NCBI GenBank assembly: GCA_044239965.1
Contig: JBIIAI010000001.1
Coordinates: forward strand, 1,190 to 65,189
Direction of reading: 5' to 3'
DNA from: Akkermansiaceae bacterium
GTDB taxonomy: Bacteria > Verrucomicrobiota > Verrucomicrobiia > Verrucomicrobiales > Akkermansiaceae
DNA: 64,000 nt
Below, one piece after another: positions 45,824-55,471 of this stretch. The number at the start of each line of letters is the position of its first letter. Position 1 is the stretch's first letter. The position numbers were made by a program, and so were the translations under genes. The notes below the pieces were generated by a model. That model did no database searches and had not been told where the DNA came from. It saw nothing but the letters and a program-made list of their open reading frames with translations.

Positions 45824-48271
45824 TCACCAAGCAGGATTGTCGCGTTCGTCATACGGCAGCCAGAGCAGGCCGACGAGTTCGACTTTGATGTCGGCTCGTG
45901 TGGGCTTGAGGGTCTCGGTGCTGAGGGTGACGGTGGCGGGATCGAAGCTGGCGGAGAGGCGGGCGATTTCTTCTTCCGCTTGTTGTTGAATGGTCGCGAT
46001 TTCTTGCTGAACGGCTTCGACTTTATCCTCCGCAGCGGACACATCGCGACCTTGCTTGAAGGCTCCCGTCGCGGAAGTGATGGCGGATTTTCCTTTGCTG
46101 ATGGTGCCGAGCCCGATGCCGCGTTTTTTGCCGCCAAGCAAGGAGCCTAACACACCGGTGAGGATGGAGATGCCTGCTTGCATTTTTGCTCCGCTGGCTT
46201 CGGCTTTTTCTTTCGCCAATTGGTTCTCGGCAGTGGTCAATCGGGTTTGCACGGTCTGGAGTTTTTTCAGCACGGAAGAACGGATTTTTTCCACGGCGGC
46301 ATCTCGCGTCTCGCGCGCTTTCAGCGTCAAACGCGCGCGGAATTCTTGTTCGAGTTCGCCGAATTGCGAGTAGGCATCGAGCGCTTCGCAATAATAGACT
46401 TCGGCGCGTTCGTTGCGGTAGAGCCATTCGTCGAAATCTTTTGCTACCTGTGCGTAGCCATCTTTGTTCATGGCGAAACCGGGGAGTTCATCGAAGGCTA
46501 CACCATCGGCAGGTTTGTTGTCTAACAATTCGGGCTTGAGAGGTGGTGGCACGTTGTTGTCCCAATCGATGGAAGCGGGCAAAATTGGATTGACCAGACG
46601 AGTGGTGCGCGATCCCTCGGTGCCCGCCTTTTTGCCATCGAAATGCACTTGCCCGATGCGAAGCAAATGGGGCTTGTAGGTGAGGCCTTCGGCTTCGCCG
46701 GTGTGAGGCACAAATTTTTCTACAACGCCTGGCCCAACGAGTGGTCGATCACTGGCGGCGGGTTTGGGTGCACTCATGCCGGGCATGGCCATCGGATTCG
46801 CGGCGGCGGCGGATGATCCCTTGGCAGCGGATTTTTCAAAGGCCGCACGTTTCGGATCCATCACGGCTTTGATTTGTGTGCGTGTGAGTGGTCCACGAAG
46901 ATAACTCATCACCCAGCGAACATGGAAAATCGCCGGACCGTCATCGTGCACGTTGTTCATCAGGAAGACCCGATTGCCCAGGCCCGAGAGCAAGGTTTCC
47001 ATTTGCTTGCGATCAAATTTGGCATTCTGGGAACCAGCGGCACCTTCAAGACCATCGAGCACGCGCATCTTGTCTCGCTCGGTTTGCAGTCGACCGAGGA
47101 ACCAGGTGCCGATGTTTGAAAGCGCTTTGTAGTCGAGGTCCACAGGGTTTTGCGTGGCGAGCAAACATCCCAGGCCAAAGGCGCGCGATTGCTTGAGCAA
47201 AGTCATCATCGGACGCTTCGAAGGCGGGTTTGCGGTCGGTGGCAGGTAGCCGTAAATTTCATCCATGTAGAGCAAGGCGCGCAACGAAGTGGTGCCGCTC
47301 TGTGCCCGCATCCAGCCGAGCATTTGGTTCAACAACAAGGAGACAAAAAACATCCGCTCTTGATCGCCGAGATGAGCGATGGAGAAGATCGAGATCCGCG
47401 GTTTGCCATCGGGTGCAACCATCATTTTGCTGATGTCGAGCGGTACACCTTCGAGCCATGCTGCGAAGCCAGGCGAGGCTAACAGATTGTTGAATTTCAG
47501 CGCCAGCGCTTGACGGTCTTTTTGCGAGAAAAAGGATTCCAGATCAACAACACCGACTTTATCGAACGATGGCTTCTGAATGTGACGGATCAGCGACTCT
47601 AAGGTAATGTCTTGTTCCGCTTTCCATGCATGTTGGAAAATCGCCGAGAGCAATACCGTTTCGCTGCTCTGTGAGGTATCACCGGTGATGCCGATCAGCG
47701 AAAGCAAAGACGACACCGTGCTCTCGATGCGTTCGCCTAACAGTTCGCCATCGTCCATGATTTCAAAGGGCGGAACCGAGAGTGAACTCAGGATCGACAC
47801 AGGAATGCCTGCTTTGCTTCCTGGGGTAAAAATGTTGATGTCCACTTTGTCGCGGAACTGCTGCACACGCTCGGCGGGCTGGCCCCAATCAGCGAGACCT
47901 TTTTTCCACATCGCTGCGGTGTTTTCGGCATGCTCGACGACGGTGAGGCCTTTTTTGGAGGCATCTTCTTCGTTGACCCATGGCTCGAATTCTTTTCCGG
48001 TGAGACCAGGAAAGGTGAGCAGCAAGTTGGCGATGTCACCTTTGGGATCGATGATGATCGCGGGAATGTTGTCCATCGCGGCCTCTTCTAACAAGGCAAG
48101 ACACAAGCCTGTTTTGCCTGAACCTGTCATCCCTAACACAACGCCGTGCGTGACAAGATCCTTCGAATCATAGAGCACTAGATCATCGCCTAGCGATTTG
48201 GTGTCGAGATCATAATCGCGTCCCAGATAAAAACTGCCCAGTTTTTCGTAGTCAGAAACCTGAATGTCCAT
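45824..48271 (-). CDS. HerA/FtsK-like P-loop ATPase (DUF87-type) with a long C-terminal coiled-coil region
   Basis: The ATG at 48271 gives MDIQVSDYEKLGSFYLGRDYD. Walker A GMTGSGKTG is at 48110-48133. It also shows IIDPKGD and a Walker-B-like ALLYMDEI. The C-terminal roughly 300 aa is Ala/Gln/Glu-rich coiled coil. The upstream 62 codons of the track ORF look non-coding. Confidence 0.7.
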   Translation of the reverse strand: MDIQVSDYEKLGSFYLGRDYDLDTKSLGDDLVLYDSKDLVTHGVVLGMTGSGKTGLCLALLEEAAMDNIPAIIIDPKGDIANLLLTFPGLTGKEFEPWVNEEDASKKGLTVVEHAENTAAMWKKGLADWGQPAERVQQFRDKVDINIFTPGSKAGIPVSILSSLSVPPFEIMDDGELLGERIESTVSSLLSLIGITGDTSQSSETVLLSAIFQHAWKAEQDITLESLIRHIQKPSFDKVGVVDLESFFSQKDRQALALKFNNLLASPGFAAWLEGVPLDISKMMVAPDGKPRISIFSIAHLGDQERMFFVSLLLNQMLGWMRAQSGTTSLRALLYMDEIYGYLPPTANPPSKRPMMTLLKQSRAFGLGCLLATQNPVDLDYKALSNIGTWFLGRLQTERDKMRVLDGLEGAAGSQNAKFDRKQMETLLSGLGNRVFLMNNVHDDGPAIFHVRWVMSYLRGPLTRTQIKAVMDPKRAAFEKSAAKGSSAAAANPMAMPGMSAPKPAASDRPLVGPGVVEKFVPHTGEAEGLTYKPHLLRIGQVHFDGKKAGTEGSRTTRLVNPILPASIDWDNNVPPPLKPELLDNKPADGVAFDELPGFAMNKDGYAQVAKDFDEWLYRNERAEVYYCEALDAYSQFGELEQEFRARLTLKARETRDAAVEKIRSSVLKKLQTVQTRLTTAENQLAKEKAEASGAKMQAGISILTGVLGSLLGGKKRGIGLGTISKGKSAITSATGAFKQGRDVSAAEDKVEAVQQEIATIQQQAEEEIARLSASFDPATVTLSTETLKPTRADIKVELVGLLWLPYDERDNPAW

Positions 48272-48463
48272 GGGCGAAGTGTAGGACAGGTGGTGGAAAA
48301 CGGCGAGAAAAAATTCTGTAGCAAAGGAGCGTTCATTGTAATCTTGCTCACACATGAATCGTTGAGCATCGCAGATATGAGCAGTTTGATGGTGAAACTT
48401 AAGATCGAGATTCGCTTTTTTCGACAAAAAATCAGCCTTTCTGGCGTATATGGGCAACTCCTC

Positions 48464-50902
48464 ATGCTGCGCTCACTCACATCTCTACTTTTTCTCACTG
48501 CCGTTGCTTCGGCTCAGTTGCAATTTTCCGGAATCTATCCGCATCTCGTTCTAACAAATAAAGAAGGCGAATGCGGCACAGGCGCCGTGGTCCCTTGGGC
48601 GGATCGTTTGTGGGTGATCACCTATGGCCCACACTTACCAAAAGGGTCGTCCGATAAACTCTACGAAATCACAAGCGACCTGCAAAAAACCGTGCGTCCT
48701 GAATCGATCGGTGGCACTCCCGCGAACCGCATGATTCACGAAGAATCGCAGCAACTTTTCATCGGACCTTACATCATCGATGCCAAACGCAATGTCCGCA
48801 CGATCCCTTACAGCACGATGTTTGGTCGCCACACGGGTCTAGCTCGCCATCTCACTGATCCCGCTAACAAAATCGTTTACGCCACGATGGAAGAAGGCAT
48901 TTACGAAGTGGATGTCAAAACGCTCGCCGTCACGGATTTGTGGATCGATGAGCAATTGCAAATCGGTGGCGCGCAGAAAAAGGGCGTCACCGAAAACAAA
49001 GAAGGTCGCAAGGCGAACCTGCCCGGATACCATGGCAAGGGTTTCTATTCGGCGCAAGGCCGCTATGTTTACAGCAACAATGGCGAGCATGGTGGGCCCG
49101 CATTAGTCAATCCTCGCACGCCCAGCGGTGTGCTTGCCGAGTGGGATGGCAAGGCTGAAAAATGGACGGTAGTGCGCCGCAATCAATTCACCGAAGTCAC
49201 TGGCCCAGGCGGCATCATGGGCAAAGCCGAAAGCCCCGATGCTTCCCTGTGGTCTGTCGGTTGGGATCATCGCTCGTTGATTTTGATGTGCTTGCATCAA
49301 GGCAAGTGGACGTCCTATCGATTGCCCAAAGGCTCGCATTCGTATGACGGTGCCCACGGTTGGAATACTGAGTGGCCACGCATTCGCGACATTGGCGAAA
49401 AGGATTTCCTGATGACCATGCACGGCACCTTTTGGAAGTTTCCGAAAAATTTTACTCCTGCTTCATCGGCAGGCATCGCCCCACGTTCGAACTACCTGAA
49501 AGTCATCGGCGATTTCTGTGAATGGAATGGCAAGGTAGTCTTCGGTTGTGACGATACAGCCAAGTCCGAGTTCCTCAACAAACGTAGTGCCAAAGGAGAA
49601 ATCGCACCACCGCGCTCGCAATCGAGCCTGTGGTTTACTTCACACGAGACCCTCGATGAACTCGGTGCGCCGATTGGTCGCGGTTCAGTCTGGTTACAAG
49701 ATTCGGTGAAAAAAGATCAAGCATCCGATGCCTACCTCTTTGCGGGTTATGACCACCGCGCCATGCATTTGGTGCACAAAGAAAAATCAGCAGTGAATTT
49801 CCTGTTAGAAGTGGATCGCAATGGCGACGGCACATGGAGTAAGCTCGAAACCGTTAGCGCAGCTCCAGGAAAAACCACCGTGCATAGTTTTGCGAAAAAC
49901 GCACCAGGCGTGTGGATTCGCGTCACACCGCAACAAGATTGCGCCAGCGTCACCGCGCAATTCACCTATCGCAACGAAGCCCGCCACACCGAGGGTGATG
50001 CGAAACTTTTTGCCGGACTGGCCAAGTCGCAAGATACTACTGTGATCAGTGGTCGCATGCGCGCCTTCGATGACGATGCACTCACCTTTGGCTATGTTGC
50101 TACGAATGCCGATGGCAGCAGCAATGGCCTCTATGTCATGAATAACGACATGAAACTCACGCGCAAAGACGATGCCTCTCTCGCTGATAACATCGCAAGA
50201 ACCACGCGCATGCCCGAGAAAGCCTACAGCGTCGATGAGGCTTCGGCATTGCTGATCGACGACAAAGGCCGCCGCTGGCGCTTCCCGCGCGGAGCAGCTG
50301 ACTATGCGAAACCTGAAGTCATGGCGAAAACTCGCATCGCCCGTGAGGTGGCGACGGAGCGCGATTTGCTCAATCTCTGTGGCACCTTTTACGAACTCCC
50401 TGCCGAAAATGCTGGCGGCTTTGCGATGGTGCGTCCTGTTGCCACACACAATTTGATGATCCAAGATTTTTGCTCGTGGCATGGACTGTTTGTGCTCAGC
50501 GGTATCAGTTCTGAAACGACCGACAACAAACACATCATCCGCTCCGATGACGGCAAAGCCGCAGTCTGGGTGGGTGCTATTGACGATGCCTGGAAGCTCG
50601 GCAAAGCCGTCGGAGAAGGTGGTCCATGGAAAAATACCAGCGTCAAGGCGAACGAAAATTCCGATCCCTACCTGATGACCGGCTACGATCGTAAAACGCT
50701 CACGCTCGAAGCCGATGCAGCTACTACGGTCGTAGTAGAAGTCGACATCAGTGGCTATGGCGACTGGGTCACCTACGAGAGCCTCGAACTCACTGCCGGC
50801 AAATCCCTGCAACACGAATTCCCCATCGCCTTCTCCGCCTACTGGGTGCGTTTCCGCAGCGACAAAGATGCCAAGATTTCTGCACAATTGCGCTACGAGT
50901 GA
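48464..50902 (+). CDS. large secreted protein of unknown function
   Basis: The ATG at 48464 gives MLRSLTSLLFLTAVASAQ, a signal peptide, followed by about 790 aa with no motif I can name. It reads as beta-rich. It is divergent from the ATPase gene. Confidence 0.6.
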   Translation: MLRSLTSLLFLTAVASAQLQFSGIYPHLVLTNKEGECGTGAVVPWADRLWVITYGPHLPKGSSDKLYEITSDLQKTVRPESIGGTPANRMIHEESQQLFIGPYIIDAKRNVRTIPYSTMFGRHTGLARHLTDPANKIVYATMEEGIYEVDVKTLAVTDLWIDEQLQIGGAQKKGVTENKEGRKANLPGYHGKGFYSAQGRYVYSNNGEHGGPALVNPRTPSGVLAEWDGKAEKWTVVRRNQFTEVTGPGGIMGKAESPDASLWSVGWDHRSLILMCLHQGKWTSYRLPKGSHSYDGAHGWNTEWPRIRDIGEKDFLMTMHGTFWKFPKNFTPASSAGIAPRSNYLKVIGDFCEWNGKVVFGCDDTAKSEFLNKRSAKGEIAPPRSQSSLWFTSHETLDELGAPIGRGSVWLQDSVKKDQASDAYLFAGYDHRAMHLVHKEKSAVNFLLEVDRNGDGTWSKLETVSAAPGKTTVHSFAKNAPGVWIRVTPQQDCASVTAQFTYRNEARHTEGDAKLFAGLAKSQDTTVISGRMRAFDDDALTFGYVATNADGSSNGLYVMNNDMKLTRKDDASLADNIARTTRMPEKAYSVDEASALLIDDKGRRWRFPRGAADYAKPEVMAKTRIAREVATERDLLNLCGTFYELPAENAGGFAMVRPVATHNLMIQDFCSWHGLFVLSGISSETTDNKHIIRSDDGKAAVWVGAIDDAWKLGKAVGEGGPWKNTSVKANENSDPYLMTGYDRKTLTLEADAATTVVVEVDISGYGDWVTYESLELTAGKSLQHEFPIAFSAYWVRFRSDKDAKISAQLRYE

Positions 50903-50966
50903 TTGGGTGATTTAGCTCTCAAGAAAATTTATTTGCAGCAGGCGAAAAGCAGTATATTCTGATTGC

Positions 50967-51224
50967 ATGAAGAAGTTTTTTGCTGCGATTTTTGCACTCT
51001 TGAGTGGGATTATCATTTTTACTCCATTTGATTTGCCGCCGTTTCCCTTTTTTTTCATCGATGAAGCCATCGCTCTGGTGATATTCACCAAATCCATGGG
51101 ATACCTTGGCATCGATTTGACTCGATTTATTCCATTCTTACGCACCAAGTCCGGGAAACCGCTTGGGCCTCAGAAGCCTACGGATGTTCCGCCAAGTAAG
51201 ACTGGACCCACAATCGACGTCTGA
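50967..51224 (+). CDS. small membrane protein, possibly DUF1232-like
   Basis: 85 aa. MKKFFAAIFALLSGIIIFTPFDLPPFPFFFIDEAIALVIF loosely resembles the P-x-D-L-I-P-D-F-I-P...DD motif of DUF1232. It has a hydrophobic N-terminus. Confidence 0.35.
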   Translation: MKKFFAAIFALLSGIIIFTPFDLPPFPFFFIDEAIALVIFTKSMGYLGIDLTRFIPFLRTKSGKPLGPQKPTDVPPSKTGPTIDV

Positions 51225-51307
51225 GTCGCACGCTGGCACGAAAAGCAGGAGCCGAACGCATTTTTCCCGAAAGATTGTGCTAGGACTGCGCGTAATTTGA
51301 TGTATCA

Positions 51308-52837
51308 ATGAATCAACCTATGGAAGAAACCAAAGCTCGCAAGCCCGTTGTCCTCACTGTTTTGGGCCTGATTACCTGTGTCGCCCTCGTGGCCATGCCC
51401 TTTTTGGCTGGACCACCTTCGGAAGAAACATCGAATAACATGATGCGCTTTCTGGGGCGTTTCCACCCTGTGTTGCTGCACTTGCCGATCGGCATGGTGA
51501 CTCTGGCCATCTTGATGGAGTTCGGCTCGATGATCACCCGTCGCGTCTCGAGCACCACACGCACCACACTTTTCTTTGCCTCAGCTTCGTCCGTCGTCGC
51601 TGTGCTGGCCGGTTTTCTTCTCTTTCAAGGCGAAAGCGACTGGGCGGAATCAGAAACCGCCAATCGCCACCTCTGGGGCGGCATCATTTTTGCTTGTGTT
51701 ACGATTCTCGCCTTCATCGTCAAGGCATGGTCGGACGCCGGTGCCTCTGCCGTTTGGTTCTATCGCTTCCTCCTGCTTGCCAGCGGTGGTGTGATGGCCT
51801 TTGCCAGTCACGATGGTGCATCGCTCACGCACGGTCCCGATTATCTTGCCAAATACGCACCTCCTGCTCTGAAGCCACTTTTGGGTGGTAAGGCTGTGTC
51901 TGAGGTTGATGAAAATGCACCTGCTGCCGATCCATTGGTTTACGCAAACGTCGTCGCGCCGATGCTCGAAGAAAAGTGCTGGAAATGTCACAACGAGGAG
52001 AAAACCAAGGGCAAGCTGCGCATGGATACCTATGAGCTACTGGTCAAAGGCGGCAAAGAAGGTCCCGGACTGGAGCCTGGAAAGGCCGATGAAAGCAATA
52101 TCATCATTCGCTGCGAATTGCCCATCGATGACGACGAGCGCATGCCTCCTGACGAAAAACCCGGTCTCACCCCTGAGCAGTTGACGGTCATCAAGTGGTG
52201 GATCAACAGTGGTGCCTCCAATGAACTCAAGCTCAGCGAAGCCAATCCGCCCGCCGAAGTGGCGCCGCTGATCAAAGTGTCAACTGCTGTTTCTAAAGCC
52301 GCCGATCCTGCAGAAAAAGAAGCTGCTGCTGCTGCAACTGCCGACCTAGGCGCCAAGCGTGAGGAAATCAAAAAGTCTCTCGGCGATATCCAAAAAGCTT
52401 ATCCTGGTGCGGTGCAGTTTGAGTCCCAAGACTCGAATGGCCTGACCTTCACGGCCGTCAGCATGCGCGGGAAATTTTCCGATGCCGATTTCGAGAAAAT
52501 CGGTCCTGTGATCGGCTCGCTGGTTGCCGTCGATTTGTCAGCTTCTGCGATCACCGATGCAGCCCTTGCTTCTCTGACCAACGCGAAAGATCTGCGCAGC
52601 CTACGCTTGTCCGAAACCAAGGTCACCGATGTCGGCATGGATCATGTCGCCAAGTTGCTATCGCTCGAAAGCCTCAACATCTACGGCACTGGCGTGACCG
52701 ATGCTGGATTGCAAAAACTCGCCGCCCTGCCCAAGCTCAAGCGTCTCTATGTTTGGCAAAGCAAGGTGACACCAGCGGGTATCGAAGAACTGCGGAAAAA
52801 ACTTCCAGGCTGCGTTGTAGAAGCGGGCTTGCAGTGA
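51308..52837 (+). CDS. membrane protein with a Planctomycete-type cytochrome c (PSCyt1) domain and C-terminal leucine-rich repeats
   Basis: 509 aa. N-terminal multi-TM region with RFHPVLLHLPIG (DUF2231-like). CWKCHNEEKTKGKLRMDT is a CxxCH heme motif in PSCyt1 context. The C-terminal LRR-like units are LRSLRLSETKVTDVGMDHVAKLLSLESLNIYGTGVTDAGLQKLAALPKLKRLYVWQSKVT. Confidence 0.7.
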   Translation: MNQPMEETKARKPVVLTVLGLITCVALVAMPFLAGPPSEETSNNMMRFLGRFHPVLLHLPIGMVTLAILMEFGSMITRRVSSTTRTTLFFASASSVVAVLAGFLLFQGESDWAESETANRHLWGGIIFACVTILAFIVKAWSDAGASAVWFYRFLLLASGGVMAFASHDGASLTHGPDYLAKYAPPALKPLLGGKAVSEVDENAPAADPLVYANVVAPMLEEKCWKCHNEEKTKGKLRMDTYELLVKGGKEGPGLEPGKADESNIIIRCELPIDDDERMPPDEKPGLTPEQLTVIKWWINSGASNELKLSEANPPAEVAPLIKVSTAVSKAADPAEKEAAAAATADLGAKREEIKKSLGDIQKAYPGAVQFESQDSNGLTFTAVSMRGKFSDADFEKIGPVIGSLVAVDLSASAITDAALASLTNAKDLRSLRLSETKVTDVGMDHVAKLLSLESLNIYGTGVTDAGLQKLAALPKLKRLYVWQSKVTPAGIEELRKKLPGCVVEAGLQ

Positions 52838-52953
52838 TGGCTGTGCTTTTTTAAGTAAAGGTAGTGCTCATGGTTTATCGCTAGGCTCGTTCCGTTCAGG
52901 AAAAGCTTTGCAAATGGTAACTGGCATGCTTGAGTCGGCATGTGGCGGACGCG

Positions 52954-54507
52954 ATGGAGACAGTCGATATTATTTTACCTTTGAAGCAGTCAGAGGATCT
53001 GGGTGCGTGGCGCAAGGCGATTGCGGATCGATTGAAAATCGCACCGCAGCGCATTGCCTCGATGAAGTTGCGCAAGCATTCGATCGATGCCCGGCAGCGC
53101 ACGATCAAGGTACAATTGCGCATCGATGTCGGCATCGATCTACCCTTGCCTCCTGATGTGACTCCCGTTTGGCATTGTGATCCTTTGCCAACAAAACCGC
53201 GCGTGGCGGTGATCGTTGGTTGTGGTCCCGCGGGATTATTTGCCGCGTTGCGCTGTCTGGAGCGGGGGATTAAGCCGATTTTGTTAGAACGTGGTAAAGA
53301 TGCCAGCGCACGACGTTTCGATCTCGCACCCTTGCTGCGTGAGGGACGAGTGGTGGAGGACTCGAACTATTGCTTTGGCGAGGGTGGTGCGGGCACATTT
53401 TCTGATGGCAAGCTTTACACGCGTGCCACCAAACGCGGACCAGTGGCGACGATTTACGAGGTTCTGGTGGCTCATGGTGCTCCAGAAAAAATTCTCACCG
53501 ATGCGCATCCGCACATTGGCTCGAATTTGCTGCCAAATGTGGTCAAGGCGATCCGGCAGTCGATCATTTCAGCTGGGGGTGAAGTGCATTTCCAAGCGAA
53601 GGTTGTCGATTTCGTCATCGAGAACCAGGTGATGCGAGGCGTGGTCTGCGCGGATGGTCGATGCATCGAAGGTGATGCGGTGATTTTGGCAACGGGGCAC
53701 TCGGCACGTGATGTCTATCAGGTGCTGGCTGAGAAAAAGATTTTGTTAGAGAAAAAAGCCTTCGCGGTTGGGGTAAGGATCGAGCATCCGCAGGCTTTGA
53801 TCGATCAGGTGCAATACCACATTCCGCGCGGTGAAGAGCGACCACGGATGCTGCCTGCAGCGCGGTATCGCTTGGCGACGAAGATTGATGACCGAGGCGT
53901 GCATAGTTTTTGCATGTGCCCTGGTGGCTGGATCGTGCCGGCGGCGACGGAGAATGACGAGGTAGTGGTCAATGGCATGAGCTTGGCGCGACGCGACTCG
54001 CCTTTTGCGAATAGCGGGATGGTGGTGACGGTGGAACCTGAGGACACCGAGCCCTTTGTCGCTGAGCACGGCATTCTCTCGGGCATTGCTTTTCAGAAAC
54101 ATCTGGAACGCGCGGCAAAACAAGCGGGCGGCGGGGGGCAGAAAGCTCCAGGTCAGCGCGTGGGGGATTTCCTGAGTGGAAAAATTTCCGATACCGTGCC
54201 GACGATGAGTTATTTCCCCGGAGCGACGTCAGCGCCGTTGCATGAAATCATGCCGAGTTGGATGGTGCGGCGGATGCGCACAGGACTGCGACTTTTCGGC
54301 AACCAAATCCGCGGCTACACGGGCACGGATGGATTACTCTTGGGCTTTGAAACGAGGACCAGTTCACCAGTGCGGATTCCTCGTGATGAAACAACATTGC
54401 AACACCCGCAAGTGGCGCGCTTTTTTCCCTGTGGCGAGGGTGCTGGCTATGCCGGCGGGATTGTCAGTGCGGCGCTGGATGGTCTCAAAATCGCGGATGC
54501 GGTGTGA
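52954..54507 (+). CDS. FAD-dependent oxidoreductase (COG2509-like)
   Basis: The ATG at 52954 gives METVDIILPLKQSEDL. The dinucleotide-binding motif is VAVIVGCGPAGLFAAL. It also shows GEGGAGTFSDGKLYTR and a C-terminal GEGAGYAGGIVSAALDG. Confidence 0.8.
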   Translation: METVDIILPLKQSEDLGAWRKAIADRLKIAPQRIASMKLRKHSIDARQRTIKVQLRIDVGIDLPLPPDVTPVWHCDPLPTKPRVAVIVGCGPAGLFAALRCLERGIKPILLERGKDASARRFDLAPLLREGRVVEDSNYCFGEGGAGTFSDGKLYTRATKRGPVATIYEVLVAHGAPEKILTDAHPHIGSNLLPNVVKAIRQSIISAGGEVHFQAKVVDFVIENQVMRGVVCADGRCIEGDAVILATGHSARDVYQVLAEKKILLEKKAFAVGVRIEHPQALIDQVQYHIPRGEERPRMLPAARYRLATKIDDRGVHSFCMCPGGWIVPAATENDEVVVNGMSLARRDSPFANSGMVVTVEPEDTEPFVAEHGILSGIAFQKHLERAAKQAGGGGQKAPGQRVGDFLSGKISDTVPTMSYFPGATSAPLHEIMPSWMVRRMRTGLRLFGNQIRGYTGTDGLLLGFETRTSSPVRIPRDETTLQHPQVARFFPCGEGAGYAGGIVSAALDGLKIADAV

Positions 54508-54656
54508 GAGAAGTGAACTTCTTAGAGATTTGGCCACCCTTGCTGAAGTAGGCCATTTGTTACAAGATTTCAAGATTTTCAGGATTTCAAGATGGCTTGT
54601 GTGAAGCATTTTTCCCGAGAAATCTTTTTGGTGCTTTGTGAAAATTCAGTGAAGAG

Positions 54657-55343
54657 TTGAATCTTGCTTGCACTTTGAGCGATCTTGCGGATGGTGGGGC
54701 TGTGTCCACGATTCTTGATTATTTTTTGCACCTCGATGTGAAATTGGCTGAGCTCATCACTCAGTATGGCGTATGGATTTACGCCATTTTGTTTGCGATT
54801 ATCTTTTGTGAAACGGGATTGGTAGTAATGCCCTTTTTGCCCGGGGATTCGCTACTTTTTGCGGTAGGTGCAGTCTCGCATACAGCTCCGCTGAACCTTT
54901 GGCTCTGTGGTGTGCTGATGTTTGTGGCGGCGGTGCTAGGAGATTTTGTCAACTACTGGGTTGGTCGCTTGGCGGGACAGTGGATGATGAAAAAATTTCC
55001 GAGGATCGTCAAAGAATCGCACATTCAGAAAACCCATGCGTTTTTTGATAAATACGGCGGGAAGACCATCGTCATTGCGCGCTTTGTGCCGATTGTGCGC
55101 ACCTTTGCACCCTTCGTGGCAGGCACGGGGAAAATGGATCTGCGCAAATTCATGTTCTACAATGTTAGTGGAGCGCTGCTGTGGGTTGGTTCCCTGATTC
55201 CCTTGGGCTATTTCTTTGGCGCGATTCCGATTGTGAAAGAAAACTTTGAGCTGGTGGTCTTTGGAATCATTGGCTTCTCCTTGCTGCCGATGGTGATCAC
55301 GTTTCTGAAAGAACGGAAAGCGGCAAAGCAGGAGAAGTTGTGA
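54657..55343 (+). CDS. dedA: DedA-family (VTT/SNARE-associated) membrane protein
   Basis: It shows FCETGLVVMPFLPGDSLLF, FDKYGGKTIVIARFVPIVRTFAPFVAG and YNVSGALLWV. The track start at 54657 is TTG. A GTG at 54702 is an alternative start. Confidence 0.8.
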   Translation: MNLACTLSDLADGGAVSTILDYFLHLDVKLAELITQYGVWIYAILFAIIFCETGLVVMPFLPGDSLLFAVGAVSHTAPLNLWLCGVLMFVAAVLGDFVNYWVGRLAGQWMMKKFPRIVKESHIQKTHAFFDKYGGKTIVIARFVPIVRTFAPFVAGTGKMDLRKFMFYNVSGALLWVGSLIPLGYFFGAIPIVKENFELVVFGIIGFSLLPMVITFLKERKAAKQEKL

Positions 55344-55471
55344 GGCGGGTTTTGGCTCGTGAGAGTTGATTGCTTAGTGGCTTTTGGTTTTCTGCTTGCC
55401 ATGATCTCAAATTCGTGGTTTTTTATTAGTGTCACTTTCGTGACATAATAAAACTCCCTATTTGCCTACCT

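Noticed and set aside
48272-48457. N-terminal extensions proposed by the ORF track: 48272-48457 for the ATPase, 25897-25956 for the CotH protein, 32337-32402 for cassette A, 63484-63657 for rph, 40793-40903 for the enolase-like gene, 59991-60029 for prs and 2597-2611 for the first lipoprotein.
   Set aside because: In each case an internal ATG gives a canonical family N-terminus or a clean signal peptide. The extension is either on a non-ATG start or reads as non-protein-like sequence.
49805-50887. A 360-aa minus-strand ORF opposite the large secreted gene.
   Set aside because: It is fully contained in the 48464-50902 CDS, which has a signal peptide and a continuous 813-codon frame. The antisense product has no signal peptide, TM segment or motif.
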